Shown: positions 18,968-29,348, counted from the first letter of the stretch. The stretch is DNA of 64,000 bases from Candidatus Izemoplasmatales bacterium (GCA_050177605.1 JBFXGX010000002.1:88114-152113); one strand, 5' to 3'. The notes: generated by a model not told the origin, from the letters alone. Translations and numbers: made by a program.

Positions 18968-20953
18968 ATGAAAAGTATTGTAATCTTAAAAAGATTTATC
19001 GTATTATCTTTATTTGTTTTCTTTGTTGGTATTTTAAGTGCTTGTCAATCCGGAACTTTTCCAACAACGACAAAAGAAACAAACCTTGTTTCTGAAGTAG
19101 GAAGTTTCACAAATTATGCAGCTCTTCAAAGCTATTTAGAAACCTATTATACAAATAACTATGGGGATTATTATTATCGTGGCGATTTAGTTAATGCAGT
19201 CACAGATGAATCAATCGCTGACGCTCCTCAAACGACAGATAATTCAACTGCTGATTTTGGAACCGATGGTAGCGCAGATTACTCTAAAACAAATGATCAA
19301 GTTGAAGGGGTTAATGAATCCGATCGTATTCTTACGGATGGACGATATATCTATGTCATTACAAATTCAACATTCTTTATGATTGATGCTTCAAATCTAG
19401 AAATCGTCAACCAATTTTCAACTGAAAATAGTTGGTATATTGGCATGTATTTAACAGATGATTCAGTTATATTACTTTCTTCAGAATATAATTATGATCA
19501 AAATGAATATTCAGTAGATGACAAAATGGGTGGCGTTTACTACTATTATCGTTACTCTTATGGAATTAGAGTCAATGTTTATAGTTTAGAAGATCCTGAA
19601 AATCTTACAGTTACTAAATCACTTTATTTTGATAGTTCAAACTTAGTCAGTTCTCGCGTAATCAATAACACTTTGTATTTGGTTATGGATAATTATCAAA
19701 TTTATTATGGTTATGATACCAATCATTTTATTCCTGAATATACTGATTCAGCGATTGGTGATGAAGTTGTAACCGTTCCTGCAAATCAAATTTATTATAT
19801 GCCAAACGATACAACTTCAATGGGATATTTAATTCTTGCTAGTGTCAATTTAGGAGATGATTCTCCTGCAGATGTCAGTGCATATTTAGGTAGTTCATAT
19901 CAAATCTATATGTCTCTTGATAATCTATACACAACCGTATATCGTTATGATTACATCGAAGAAACTAGTTCTTATACTCAAACAACTTATATTTTACGTT
20001 TCCAAATTGATGAGGGACGTTTAGTATATCAAGCTTGTGGAGAAATATATGGTGTACCGCTCGATCAATTCTCAATGGATGAATATGATGGCGTATTCCG
20101 TATTGCGACGACGACTTATTCATGGGCTAGTACTGGAAGTAGAACAACCAATCAATTATTCTTGCTCGATGCCACTTCCACAGGAGAGATGAATCTGATT
20201 AGTGTACTTGGTGGACTTGGAAAAGAAAATGAACGAATCTATGCCGTGAGATATAACGGCGGAGTAGCTTACGTTGTTACGTTCGTTAATACCGACCCAT
20301 TATATAAACTCGATTTAAGTGATCCAGCAAATCCTGCAGTGATTGGTGAACTTTATGAGGAAGGCGTCTCTGATTATCTCCACCTAGTCAATGATAACTT
20401 GATGATAGGAATTGGAAGACAAGCTGAAGTTGACGAATATGGATGGACAAGATTTACTGGAGTCAAAGTGTCACTTTATGATACAAGTGGTGATACACCA
20501 GTCATCTTATCTAGTTATTTTATCGAAAGTGATTATTCATACACACCAGTCACATATGATCATAAGGCGTTTGTATATTATGAACCTACGGGGGAAAATT
20601 ATATGTATTTCGTTATACCAGTAGAAGAATACACAATTGTCTATAATGAGACGAATCCAGATTGGTATTATGGTTATGCCTATAGTGGTAATGCTTATGT
20701 TTTCAAAGCTTATTATGATGGAACCTTAGAATTTGTATCGAAATTAACTCATTATATTCCAGATTCAGAAAACCCTTGGTATTCCTATTACGATTCAATT
20801 GACCGCACAGTCATCATCTCTCATTATATTTACACTGTTTCTTATTCAAAGATTCAAATGTATGATATGAATAATGGATTTGAACTTATGAATCAAACTG
20901 AACTTGAGTCAGATTATTACTGGGGATTTTGGGGTTACGCACTCGTTGACTAA
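18968..20953 (+). CDS. Lipoprotein with beta-propeller domain (Beta_propel family)
   Basis: Lipobox LSA-C; YSKTNDQVEGVNESD, QFSMDEYDGVFRIATT, ERIYAVRY, TDPLYKLDLSDP; ATG at 18968 after GGAGG. Confidence 0.82.
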   Translation: MKSIVILKRFIVLSLFVFFVGILSACQSGTFPTTTKETNLVSEVGSFTNYAALQSYLETYYTNNYGDYYYRGDLVNAVTDESIADAPQTTDNSTADFGTDGSADYSKTNDQVEGVNESDRILTDGRYIYVITNSTFFMIDASNLEIVNQFSTENSWYIGMYLTDDSVILLSSEYNYDQNEYSVDDKMGGVYYYYRYSYGIRVNVYSLEDPENLTVTKSLYFDSSNLVSSRVINNTLYLVMDNYQIYYGYDTNHFIPEYTDSAIGDEVVTVPANQIYYMPNDTTSMGYLILASVNLGDDSPADVSAYLGSSYQIYMSLDNLYTTVYRYDYIEETSSYTQTTYILRFQIDEGRLVYQACGEIYGVPLDQFSMDEYDGVFRIATTTYSWASTGSRTTNQLFLLDATSTGEMNLISVLGGLGKENERIYAVRYNGGVAYVVTFVNTDPLYKLDLSDPANPAVIGELYEEGVSDYLHLVNDNLMIGIGRQAEVDEYGWTRFTGVKVSLYDTSGDTPVILSSYFIESDYSYTPVTYDHKAFVYYEPTGENYMYFVIPVEEYTIVYNETNPDWYYGYAYSGNAYVFKAYYDGTLEFVSKLTHYIPDSENPWYSYYDSIDRTVIISHYIYTVSYSKIQMYDMNNGFELMNQTELESDYYWGFWGYALVD

Positions 20954-20967
20954 AGATTATTTTATAT

Positions 20968-20992
20968 AAAGAGCCTTCGGGCTCTTTTTTTT
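20968..20992 (+). terminator. Intrinsic terminator
   Basis: AAAGAGCC-ttcg-GGCTCTTT followed by a T-tract. Confidence 0.9.
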
Positions 20993-21070
20993 ATCAATTT
21001 ATCACTTTCTGTACAATTTATATAAAAAATAGATGAAAAATATGAAAAAATTTACGTAAAACACCGAAAC

Positions 21071-21104
21071 TGATATAGATTTTTAATCTATAAAGTGATA
21101 TAGT
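21071..21104 (+). promoter_or_regulatory. Promoter of the giant lipoprotein gene with overlapping palindrome
   Basis: Extended -10 TGATATAGT (21096-21104); palindrome TATAGATT-ttt-AATCTATA (21074-21092) covers the -35 region. Confidence 0.5.
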
Positions 21105-21166
21105 AAAGTTAAGAAATAAGTAATATACGTAATAAAAAATTAATATTTTATAGGAGGGGATTTGTT

Positions 21167-24100
21167 TTGAAACGAAAACTTGTTTTAATGTTGCTTATGG
21201 TCATTTTTACATTTGTCCTTGCAGGTTGTGATTTTTTAGGCGGAAATACGACAACTACAACCACAGCAACTGACACGCAAGCGTCGACTGATACAACAAC
21301 GACTACGACGACCACGAACACATCGACGACAACAAGCACTACAACAACGACCACCACCACGACAACTACATCAAGTGGACAAGTCGTAACCACTACTACC
21401 ACGACTACAACAAGTTCCGGCGTTACAACAACAACTACAGAAGTCACGACGACCACGGAGAGTACCTTTGATCGTCAAGATCTAATAGATTATTTTATTG
21501 ATAATGCGACGGGTGAAACACCTACAGCGGATGAAATCGAGGCTCAAATTGATTTCTATCAAGATCTATTCGGTGTTACTTCTGAAGAAGATTTGTATTA
21601 CTTGCTTACTGGAATGACGACAGTACTTTCTGGTTTAGATTTAATTGAGACTTTACAGGACGCTCGTAACTGGTATCAAAATGCAAAAGCATTAGGATTC
21701 TCCAGAGAAGTGATCGTTCACATGATGATGAAACTCATTGAACAAAAAATCAATGAGGAAGTATTAAGTTATGATGCCTCTTATTATGCAGGTGAAATTG
21801 CGGCTTTACAAACTGCAATCGCAGCCAACGAACAAACGATGGTTACGAATCGCACGAATTTAGTCGACTACTGTACTAATCAAACATCAAACGTAGATAC
21901 TTGTACAGGATTTTATGATGCACTTGTGGCTTCATATCTTGCGAACCAAGCCTACTGGGATGAAGTAGATACATCTCGTTGGGAAACTTATCGAAACGAT
22001 TGGGATCAAGATAAACTAAACGATATTTTATGGAATATCGATAGTGTATTATATTATACTTACGAATATGTTGATACAGCAAAACAAGAGATGTATCAAG
22101 CTGCAGTGGATGAATTAACGAATGCATTATCTCCTAGTGAGTCCGCAATGTATCAAAACGCGATTACACTTTATACTGCTTATCAAACAATTGAATATCG
22201 TGATGTTCGTCAATATGAACACGTTGTTTATCAATTACAGGATAATAATGATTCAAATCTAGGAAATAAAGTTCGCGATTTTTATGGATATTATCAAGAT
22301 GCAGCTAACCAAAAAAATTCAAATGAATATTATATCTATGAATTACAACAAGAACAATTAAGAGCACAGGAACAACATCAAGTGATGGTTGCCTTCCAAG
22401 GCTATATGAATTCAACTGCTGGAAAAGCAAAAGTTGAATTATTAATGATGACCATTTATGATATTTTAGACCATGTCATTATGAACCTTAGCGAAGATAC
22501 TTTTAATTTCGTTCTTAATCTACTTCAAGGAAATGTAGCATTAACTCAAGATGATTTAACGAGTGAAAATATCCTTCTTTATACCGGAATGGTGAAAGAA
22601 GTATTGACTTTATTACGCGCTACGCTAACGGTTGAAGATATGGATAATATTGCATCGATTGCAAAAGATATCTTTGGTATGTATATCCTAACCCAAGATT
22701 TAACTCCAGCTGAAATTGCAGCAGTAACTGTCAATGTTAATGCGGCAATCGATCAATATGGACCGATGATTTTATCAACAATCGATGATGTGATTGCTTT
22801 CTTAGATTCTATCAATCAAACGAAAGCAGATGCCATCATTAACTTTGTAACATTCATTCAATCAGATATGTTTACACAAGAAGAAGTTGTGATTGAAATA
22901 GCATCATTAATGACTGTGATTCTTGGAGATAATGACTTAGACGTTGCAGGATTACTAAGCAATATGACTGAAATTTACTTTGACGTACAGTATGGATTCT
23001 TCCCAGATGAAGATACTGTTATCTTAGTGAAAACTGCAATCAGCGAGAACGTTGCTCGTATCATTGAACTCGCTGGTATCGTTAAAGACTATGATTCGAA
23101 TAACTTAACAATGGATCAAATGCTCGAAATCGAAGAATTAATGGCCAGAGTGGAAGCAATAACAATGATGTTTAAGGGTGGTTTTGAACAAATCTTAAAT
23201 CCAATTAAATTTGGATATGAAACAGAAGATTTCTACATCCTAATTCAACAACTCGAAGGTCGTGAAATGACTGATGAAGAATTAAATGCACAGATTCTTT
23301 TATTCGAACAATTATTTGGCCTAACAGATGAACAAGAAACATATTATATGATTACTTCTGTTTTAGGTCTCGTACAACAAGTACAATCTTTCACAACAAT
23401 CACAGAATTCCAAACATGGTTTGCAAGAGTTCATGAACTTGGATTCAGTAACACTGCAATTGCTGGATACATTTTCAATTTCGGACTCATTAAGTTAAAT
23501 CAAGATTTGGTTAATGGCGTCAATAGTGGTGAAATTGATTACTGGACTGGTGAGGTTGAGTATTACCAACAAATGATTGATGATTACGATTCCTATTTCA
23601 ATCAAATCGATCAATTGATTGCTGCTGATATCGCTGCACTTAGCCCAGAACTTCAACAAACTGCAATCGATTATTGGAACGCTAAATTACAATACTTCAT
23701 CTATTACAATCATGCAAATGATTTAGTCAATGATGCCATGAACTCGATTGACTACTGGATTCTTGACGGTATACTCAGTTCTCATGATAATTATTTATAT
23801 TATCTTTCAATCTCGGATGGATTTAATGCAAATATGATGGATCAAAACTTCCATCAATTATATGATCCACTTGATTCAATGCAAAAAGCATTGATTGACG
23901 AATTATTAACAGCGCGAGATTTGAAAAATAATTACTATACAAATACGATTGTTCCACTAGAAGATATTTTATATGCTAATCAAGCATATCAAACATTTAT
24001 CTCCGACGTGATGAATAATGCGTATATGTATCAAAGCAATTTACAAAATATAAGTTGGTATCAAAGCATGATTGACGATGCTACATCAAGAATTGCTGAA

Positions 24101-26347
24101 CTTCAAATGAATCAAGCGTCTGAAGCGCTATTAATTCAAGATTACATTGATTACTTATCAGACCCTACCAATGAACAACTCGTTAAGAACTTAATCGCCG
24201 CTTTATTAGATGATGGAGAGGCAATCCTTAATTCGATGGACCCTGCTACATTTGACCTATTATTACAACTACTTATGGGACAATCAAAGACCGATTCGGA
24301 GTATACAGTTTATTCAGATACGGGAATGACTAATCCGCTTGAGGGCATCGATTTAAGTACAGAAGCAATTATTTCCTATCTTCAAGATTTCTCTGTAGTT
24401 ATTGAAACAATGATAACAAATCTTGATAGCAATGAAGTCGATATGATTAAAACAGTTCTCTTTGATGTGCTAGAGATTCAATTGTTACATGAGGGAATGT
24501 TACAAGCAGAAGTTGACGAAACAATAACGTTATATTCAAGTCTATTTGATTTTATCTATTTAGTTGCGACTGAATCAGTTGGAAGTATTACTTATACAAT
24601 CGATCATATGACAGTTGAAAATTTACAACTAATCATTGATAATATCGGTGTTTTAACAGACGAAACGACTTCAGTTACAGCAAAAGTTACTGCCGTTAGC
24701 ACGGTTATAACGACATTAAGTGATATTAATCCTGATTTATACAATGTATTTGTGGAAAATGCAATTCAAGCATTGTTTGTATCAGGTTATGTCTTCTTGT
24801 ATTCACCATCAGAAGCGACTGCTTTTATCAATTATGTTATAGAAAATGGTATCACTAGAGAAGAAGCAGCAGATAACCTCGTAGATTTCTTCGTGATTTT
24901 CGCGAACCAACAATTAAGTGAATATAGCACAATAAGTATCTATGATGACTTACAAGCGTCTCTTGATGAATATCAAGTAGCTAGAGATGCGGCCATCCAA
25001 GAAGTAAGCGACATTGATACAGATGTTGCATATGAAATTGCATTAATCACTGATCCAACGGCAAATGGTTTAGCTTCCAGTTTATGGACGCAAGCGATTG
25101 CCCTAAATCAATTAGAAGATGTATATAATAATATGTACAGCGATGCAACCTATAGTTGGTATTTCAATGAGTATACTTATCAAGAACTGTTCTTATATCG
25201 TTTTGGAGATGACAAGGGAACAGCACCAGATATGGTTGCTTATGAGAATTTATGGAATATGCAATATCCTGAATATCAACAAGTTTATGGCCCATTATTA
25301 GATAAATGGCAAGAATTTGTAGATGCATTTGCTTTATATCAAACGGATGAAACTTCATTAGAAGCTTATCATATTTATATTAGTGACACGGTTACCTATA
25401 TCGAAGTATACTTGCATAATCAACGATTCTTAAGGTTGACTGCAGCGAATGATGTTGCTTACTATCAATATCAAATGGATGTTACTGCAATCTCGATGAT
25501 GGATTATGAACAAGATTACCGTCTAGAAACTGTTTTGACTTCGTTAATTGATGATGAAATGAATGTTCAATTAATGAAAGACGTTGTCTTGATTCTATTC
25601 GATGAAGTCGCTAATTTTGCATCATCACTTACGCAAGAACAGTTGATTCAACTCGTTTCAATGATTGAGACTTTCTCACAAACAGAAGGATTACCAGCAG
25701 CAGCTGATATGACTCAGTTTATCAACTTAGTTGGAGAAATCATTTCTCCACTTACAACCACTTTGACAGCGGAAGAACTTGATCAAGTTTCGACCTTAAT
25801 TCAAAAAATCGTCTTTTCTTATATTAATGCCTTTGGTGATTCCGAAGCAACTGCACTAGAAGCTGCTACGATCATTGATACGTATTTCTCAGACGTTGTC
25901 TTGTTAATACCTACACTATCAATGGTTCTACAAAATGCAACAGAAGCTCGTGTTCAGGAAATCATCGATCAACAAGCGATCATTCAAGCAGTAGATGGAC
26001 AAGATGATGATTTATCAAATCAAATCCGTGCAATTGCTATTGCAAACTTAATTAATGCCGTATTAGTGGATGAAACAATTGATCCAGACGCATTAATCGC
26101 AACTGTCTTTGGCGCTGTATTTGACACTCAATACTTGATGGGCTACGAAGATTTAAGTACTACGGTAGATAAAGTCACCGCTTTACAAGATGCTTTTGGT
26201 GATGTTGTCGTTTCTGGAACAGTCATATTAGAGTATGATTCAAGTAATTTAACTGCTGAACAAATAACCAATATCAATATTTATCATTCTGATGTAGAAG
26301 CATTAATTGCTTTAATGGATCAATATTTTCCAAGTGGTAATAATTAA
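21167..26347 (+). CDS. Giant (1726 aa) acidic alpha-helical lipoprotein with Thr-rich tether and three large internal repeats
   Basis: TTG start after GGAGGGG; lipobox LAG-C at residue 21; poly-Thr at about residues 28-100; repeated blocks (see findings). No recognisable catalytic motif. Confidence 0.85.
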   Translation: MKRKLVLMLLMVIFTFVLAGCDFLGGNTTTTTTATDTQASTDTTTTTTTTNTSTTTSTTTTTTTTTTTSSGQVVTTTTTTTTSSGVTTTTTEVTTTTESTFDRQDLIDYFIDNATGETPTADEIEAQIDFYQDLFGVTSEEDLYYLLTGMTTVLSGLDLIETLQDARNWYQNAKALGFSREVIVHMMMKLIEQKINEEVLSYDASYYAGEIAALQTAIAANEQTMVTNRTNLVDYCTNQTSNVDTCTGFYDALVASYLANQAYWDEVDTSRWETYRNDWDQDKLNDILWNIDSVLYYTYEYVDTAKQEMYQAAVDELTNALSPSESAMYQNAITLYTAYQTIEYRDVRQYEHVVYQLQDNNDSNLGNKVRDFYGYYQDAANQKNSNEYYIYELQQEQLRAQEQHQVMVAFQGYMNSTAGKAKVELLMMTIYDILDHVIMNLSEDTFNFVLNLLQGNVALTQDDLTSENILLYTGMVKEVLTLLRATLTVEDMDNIASIAKDIFGMYILTQDLTPAEIAAVTVNVNAAIDQYGPMILSTIDDVIAFLDSINQTKADAIINFVTFIQSDMFTQEEVVIEIASLMTVILGDNDLDVAGLLSNMTEIYFDVQYGFFPDEDTVILVKTAISENVARIIELAGIVKDYDSNNLTMDQMLEIEELMARVEAITMMFKGGFEQILNPIKFGYETEDFYILIQQLEGREMTDEELNAQILLFEQLFGLTDEQETYYMITSVLGLVQQVQSFTTITEFQTWFARVHELGFSNTAIAGYIFNFGLIKLNQDLVNGVNSGEIDYWTGEVEYYQQMIDDYDSYFNQIDQLIAADIAALSPELQQTAIDYWNAKLQYFIYYNHANDLVNDAMNSIDYWILDGILSSHDNYLYYLSISDGFNANMMDQNFHQLYDPLDSMQKALIDELLTARDLKNNYYTNTIVPLEDILYANQAYQTFISDVMNNAYMYQSNLQNISWYQSMIDDATSRIAELQMNQASEALLIQDYIDYLSDPTNEQLVKNLIAALLDDGEAILNSMDPATFDLLLQLLMGQSKTDSEYTVYSDTGMTNPLEGIDLSTEAIISYLQDFSVVIETMITNLDSNEVDMIKTVLFDVLEIQLLHEGMLQAEVDETITLYSSLFDFIYLVATESVGSITYTIDHMTVENLQLIIDNIGVLTDETTSVTAKVTAVSTVITTLSDINPDLYNVFVENAIQALFVSGYVFLYSPSEATAFINYVIENGITREEAADNLVDFFVIFANQQLSEYSTISIYDDLQASLDEYQVARDAAIQEVSDIDTDVAYEIALITDPTANGLASSLWTQAIALNQLEDVYNNMYSDATYSWYFNEYTYQELFLYRFGDDKGTAPDMVAYENLWNMQYPEYQQVYGPLLDKWQEFVDAFALYQTDETSLEAYHIYISDTVTYIEVYLHNQRFLRLTAANDVAYYQYQMDVTAISMMDYEQDYRLETVLTSLIDDEMNVQLMKDVVLILFDEVANFASSLTQEQLIQLVSMIETFSQTEGLPAAADMTQFINLVGEIISPLTTTLTAEELDQVSTLIQKIVFSYINAFGDSEATALEAATIIDTYFSDVVLLIPTLSMVLQNATEARVQEIIDQQAIIQAVDGQDDDLSNQIRAIAIANLINAVLVDETIDPDALIATVFGAVFDTQYLMGYEDLSTTVDKVTALQDAFGDVVVSGTVILEYDSSNLTAEQITNINIYHSDVEALIALMDQYFPSGNN
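21248..21466 (+). repeat. Low-complexity ACN-codon tract encoding a poly-Thr linker
   Basis: Runs of mixed aca/acg/act/acc codons; no perfect tandem unit. Confidence 0.85.
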
Positions 26348-26349
26348 TG

Positions 26350-26379
26350 AAATGGAAGCTGCGGCTTCCATTTTTTTTT
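26350..26379 (+). terminator. Intrinsic terminator
   Basis: AATGGAAGC-tgcg-GCTTCCATT followed by a T-tract. Confidence 0.9.
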
Positions 26380-26435
26380 GAGTATATCATTGCCCCAAAA
26401 CCCTACTGAATGATATAATAGATGAAGGTGATAAG

Positions 26436-27143
26436 ATGATTTCTTCTACAAACAATGAATATATAAAACAGTTAACAAAGTTAAAAGACAGAAAATATCG
26501 TCTTGAAACACGTGAATTTTTAGTTGAGGGACCTCATTTAGTTGAAGAAGCAATTCATATGGGAAGATGTAAAATGGTTCTTACCGTGAATGAATTCGAT
26601 GATTTCAGTGTTCCTTTCACAGTGGTTTCAAAAGAAGTCATGAAGAAACTCTCAGATGTTGATACGCCCCCTGGTGTCATTGGACTCTGTACCCTCGAAA
26701 ACGACGCTAAAATCACTGACAAAGTATTGTTGTTAGATCATTTACAAGATCCAGGCAATCTTGGCACCATCATTCGTAGTGCGATTGCTTTTGGGTTCGA
26801 TACAATTGTCGCTGAAGGAAGTGTGGATTTATACAATCCAAAGGTTGTCCGTTCCACACAAGGCGGAATCTTTAAAATCAATTTTCTTGAACAAAATCTT
26901 ATTACGTTCATCAAGAATAATCCTTCCTTCGAGGTAATCGCAAGTATTGTGGATGGGAAAAGTACCTTAGAAGAAACGAAAAGCAGTAAAAAAATTGCAT
27001 TAATTATCGGAAATGAAGCCTCTGGAATTAGGAAAGAGGTATTAGATTTAAGTCATACCTTTGTCACAATTCCAATGAAAAATACTGAATCACTGAATGC
27101 AGGAGTAGCGGCATCGATATTAATGTACCACTTTAGTCAATAG
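26436..27143 (+). CDS. TrmH/SpoU-family RNA methyltransferase
   Basis: LQDPGNLGTIIRSA, IGNEASG, IPM...ESLNAGVAASI. Confidence 0.9.
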   Translation: MISSTNNEYIKQLTKLKDRKYRLETREFLVEGPHLVEEAIHMGRCKMVLTVNEFDDFSVPFTVVSKEVMKKLSDVDTPPGVIGLCTLENDAKITDKVLLLDHLQDPGNLGTIIRSAIAFGFDTIVAEGSVDLYNPKVVRSTQGGIFKINFLEQNLITFIKNNPSFEVIASIVDGKSTLEETKSSKKIALIIGNEASGIRKEVLDLSHTFVTIPMKNTESLNAGVAASILMYHFSQ

Positions 27144-27159
27144 AAAGGACAATGAAAGA

Positions 27160-27456
27160 ATGGAATTTATTACAGAAGAAAACAGAATTTATTCAAGTGA
27201 TGAATCTGGAAAAGTTATCGCAGAAGTGACTTTTCCAACAAGAGACGAAAACAGACTAGATATCAACCATGTCTATGTGGATGAATCTTTACGAGGACAA
27301 GGACTCGCTTCTCACCTCATGGTCTTGGCTTATAATGAAATAAAAGCTAGAGGAAAAAAGATTGTTGCAAAATGTCCTTATGCAATTAGTTGGTTCAAAA
27401 AATATCCTGAATATCAAGATATTGTTATTAATGTAAAAACCAAACCTGCAGAATAA
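27160..27456 (+). CDS. Small GNAT protein (YjdJ-like)
   Basis: INHVYVDESLRGQGLA, CPYA. Confidence 0.85.
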   Translation: MEFITEENRIYSSDESGKVIAEVTFPTRDENRLDINHVYVDESLRGQGLASHLMVLAYNEIKARGKKIVAKCPYAISWFKKYPEYQDIVINVKTKPAE

Positions 27457-27464
27457 AAAAAGGT

Positions 27465-27493
27465 TTGTATTATCGATATTATTGTGTTATAAT
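27465..27493 (+). promoter_or_regulatory. sigmaA promoter of the rimP operon
   Basis: TTGTAT-17-TATAAT with TG extension. Confidence 0.75.
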
Positions 27494-27515
27494 TATTTAT
27501 GCATAAAGGAACTTT

Positions 27516-27541
27516 AAGAGAGGGTCGGACCCTCTCTTTTT
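27516..27541 (+). promoter_or_regulatory. rimP leader terminator-like attenuator hairpin
   Basis: AAGAGAGGGT-cgg-ACCCTCTCTT plus T-run, between the promoter and the rimP RBS. Confidence 0.75.
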
Positions 27542-27561
27542 AATGACTTAAGGAGGTGTCT

Positions 27562-27996
27562 ATGAATCTCGACCATTTAAAGTCGGCACTATTACCGAAA
27601 ATTAATGACTTAGGATACGAACTATACGATATTGAGTTCGTAACCGAACAAAAAAGGAAGATTCTTCGAATCTCGATTGATAATGACTCAACGATTACCG
27701 TTGATGATTGTCAAATTGTATCGAATGGGATTAATGATTTTCTGGATGAACTCGATCCTATCGCTGAAGAATATTTCCTCGAAGTATCCTCTCCAGGAGC
27801 AGAAAGAGAACTCAGAAAAGAATCAGACTATAATCGCTTTTTGGGCTATTACGTGAAACTCGAGACATTTGAGCAATCACTTGAGGGAGAACTTTTTGAA
27901 AACCATCCCGAAACCATTATTTTACGTGTCCGTGGCAAAAATATTAAAATCAGTAAAATCGACATTCAAAAAATTCGATTAGCAATAAAATTTTAG
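27562..27996 (+). CDS. rimP: Ribosome maturation factor RimP
   Basis: ITVDDCQIVS, YFLEVSSPGAEREL; ATG at 27562 after AAGGAGG. Confidence 0.93.
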   Translation: MNLDHLKSALLPKINDLGYELYDIEFVTEQKRKILRISIDNDSTITVDDCQIVSNGINDFLDELDPIAEEYFLEVSSPGAERELRKESDYNRFLGYYVKLETFEQSLEGELFENHPETIILRVRGKNIKISKIDIQKIRLAIKF

Positions 27997-28008
27997 GAGA
28001 ATAGAAAA

Positions 28009-29073
28009 ATGATTAGTAAAGACTTTTTTAAAGCTTTAGAGTTAATTGCAGAAGACAGAGGAATCTCAAAAGACAAAATTCTTGATATTGTTGGAAAAGG
28101 GCTATTAAATGCTTACAAAAAAGATTATGACGGCCAACAAAATGCCAAAGTCATTTTCAATGAAGAAAAAGCTGAGATTTTAATTGTCGCAACTTATTTG
28201 GTTGTGGAAGAAGTAGATCCTGAAGCCGAAAGAGGAACTCAAATCACTCTTGTAGAAGCACAAGAATTCAAGAAGAATGCAAAGATTGGTGACTCGATTG
28301 AAGTGAAAATTACGCCAAAAGATTTTGGTAGAATGGCTGCTTCAAGTACCAAACAAATTCTTACACAAGGTTTGAAACAATTGGAAAGAGATCGCAATTT
28401 TGATATTTTTACAAACAAAATTGGTGAAATGTCGATTGCAGAAGTTGTTCAAATTAGCAATGATTTCGTTACACTTAATTTAGGGTACGACACAGAAACA
28501 AGTATTCCATCTAAAGACCTACTTGAATCTGATTTAGTTGTTGGAACTCAAGTAAGAGTTTATATTACAAAGGTAGAACAAACAACCAAAGGACCTAAAG
28601 TGTATGTTTCAAGAACTGACCGTAACCTTGTAAAGCGTTTAATGGAAAATGCAATTCCTGAATTACAAGAAGGAATTGTTGAAATCGTTGGTTTAGCAAG
28701 AGATCCTGGAGACCGTTGTAAAGTGTGTGTTTCCTCAAACAACCCGAAAGTCGATCCAGTAGGAGCTTGTTTAGGAAAAAATGGTTCACGTATCAAAGAT
28801 GTTATTGACCAATTAAATGGTGAAAAAATCGATATTTACAAATATTCAACCAACCCTGAAGAACTTGTAGCGAATGCTATTCAACCAGCAAGATGCATCA
28901 GTGTTCTTGTGAACCAAAAAGAAAAGAGCGCAGTTGCGATTGTTGAAGATGACCAATTATCTCTTGCCATCGGTAAAAAAGGTCAAAATGCAAGACTTGC
29001 TGTTCAATCCAGTGGATGGAAGATTGATATCAAATCAGAAACGGATGCACGTATTCAAAATATTGAGTATTAA
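28009..29073 (+). CDS. nusA: Transcription factor NusA
   Basis: DFGRMAAS, ARDPGDRCK, LSLAIGKKGQNARLA. Confidence 0.96.
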   Translation: MISKDFFKALELIAEDRGISKDKILDIVGKGLLNAYKKDYDGQQNAKVIFNEEKAEILIVATYLVVEEVDPEAERGTQITLVEAQEFKKNAKIGDSIEVKITPKDFGRMAASSTKQILTQGLKQLERDRNFDIFTNKIGEMSIAEVVQISNDFVTLNLGYDTETSIPSKDLLESDLVVGTQVRVYITKVEQTTKGPKVYVSRTDRNLVKRLMENAIPELQEGIVEIVGLARDPGDRCKVCVSSNNPKVDPVGACLGKNGSRIKDVIDQLNGEKIDIYKYSTNPEELVANAIQPARCISVLVNQKEKSAVAIVEDDQLSLAIGKKGQNARLAVQSSGWKIDIKSETDARIQNIEY

Positions 29074-29084
29074 AGAGGTGCGAT

Positions 29085-29348
29085 GTGAAAAAGCAAAAAA
29101 AGATTCCTCTTCGTAAATGTGTTGTTAGCGGAGAACGCTTCGAGAAAAAACAATTATTAAGAGTAGTTAAAACGCCCGAAGGAGAAGTGATTGTTGATCC
29201 ATCAGGGAAGGCAAATGGCCGTGGAGCTTATGTCTCCAAAAACAAAGAAGTTATATTAAAAGCACAGAAAACAAAGATTCTTGAAAGACATTTAGAGGTC
29301 GTTGTTCCTGAAGAAATCTATCAAACTTTACTGGGTATGGTAGAATAA
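29085..29348 (+). CDS. ylxR: YlxR/RnpM-family RNA-binding protein
   Basis: KIPLRKCV, GKANGRGAY; position after nusA. Confidence 0.92.
   Translation: MKKQKKIPLRKCVVSGERFEKKQLLRVVKTPEGEVIVDPSGKANGRGAYVSKNKEVILKAQKTKILERHLEVVVPEEIYQTLLGMVE

Noticed and set aside
21148..21456. Poly-Val ORF on the minus strand
   Set aside because: It is the antisense shadow of the poly-Thr codons in the lipoprotein gene; no independent evidence.
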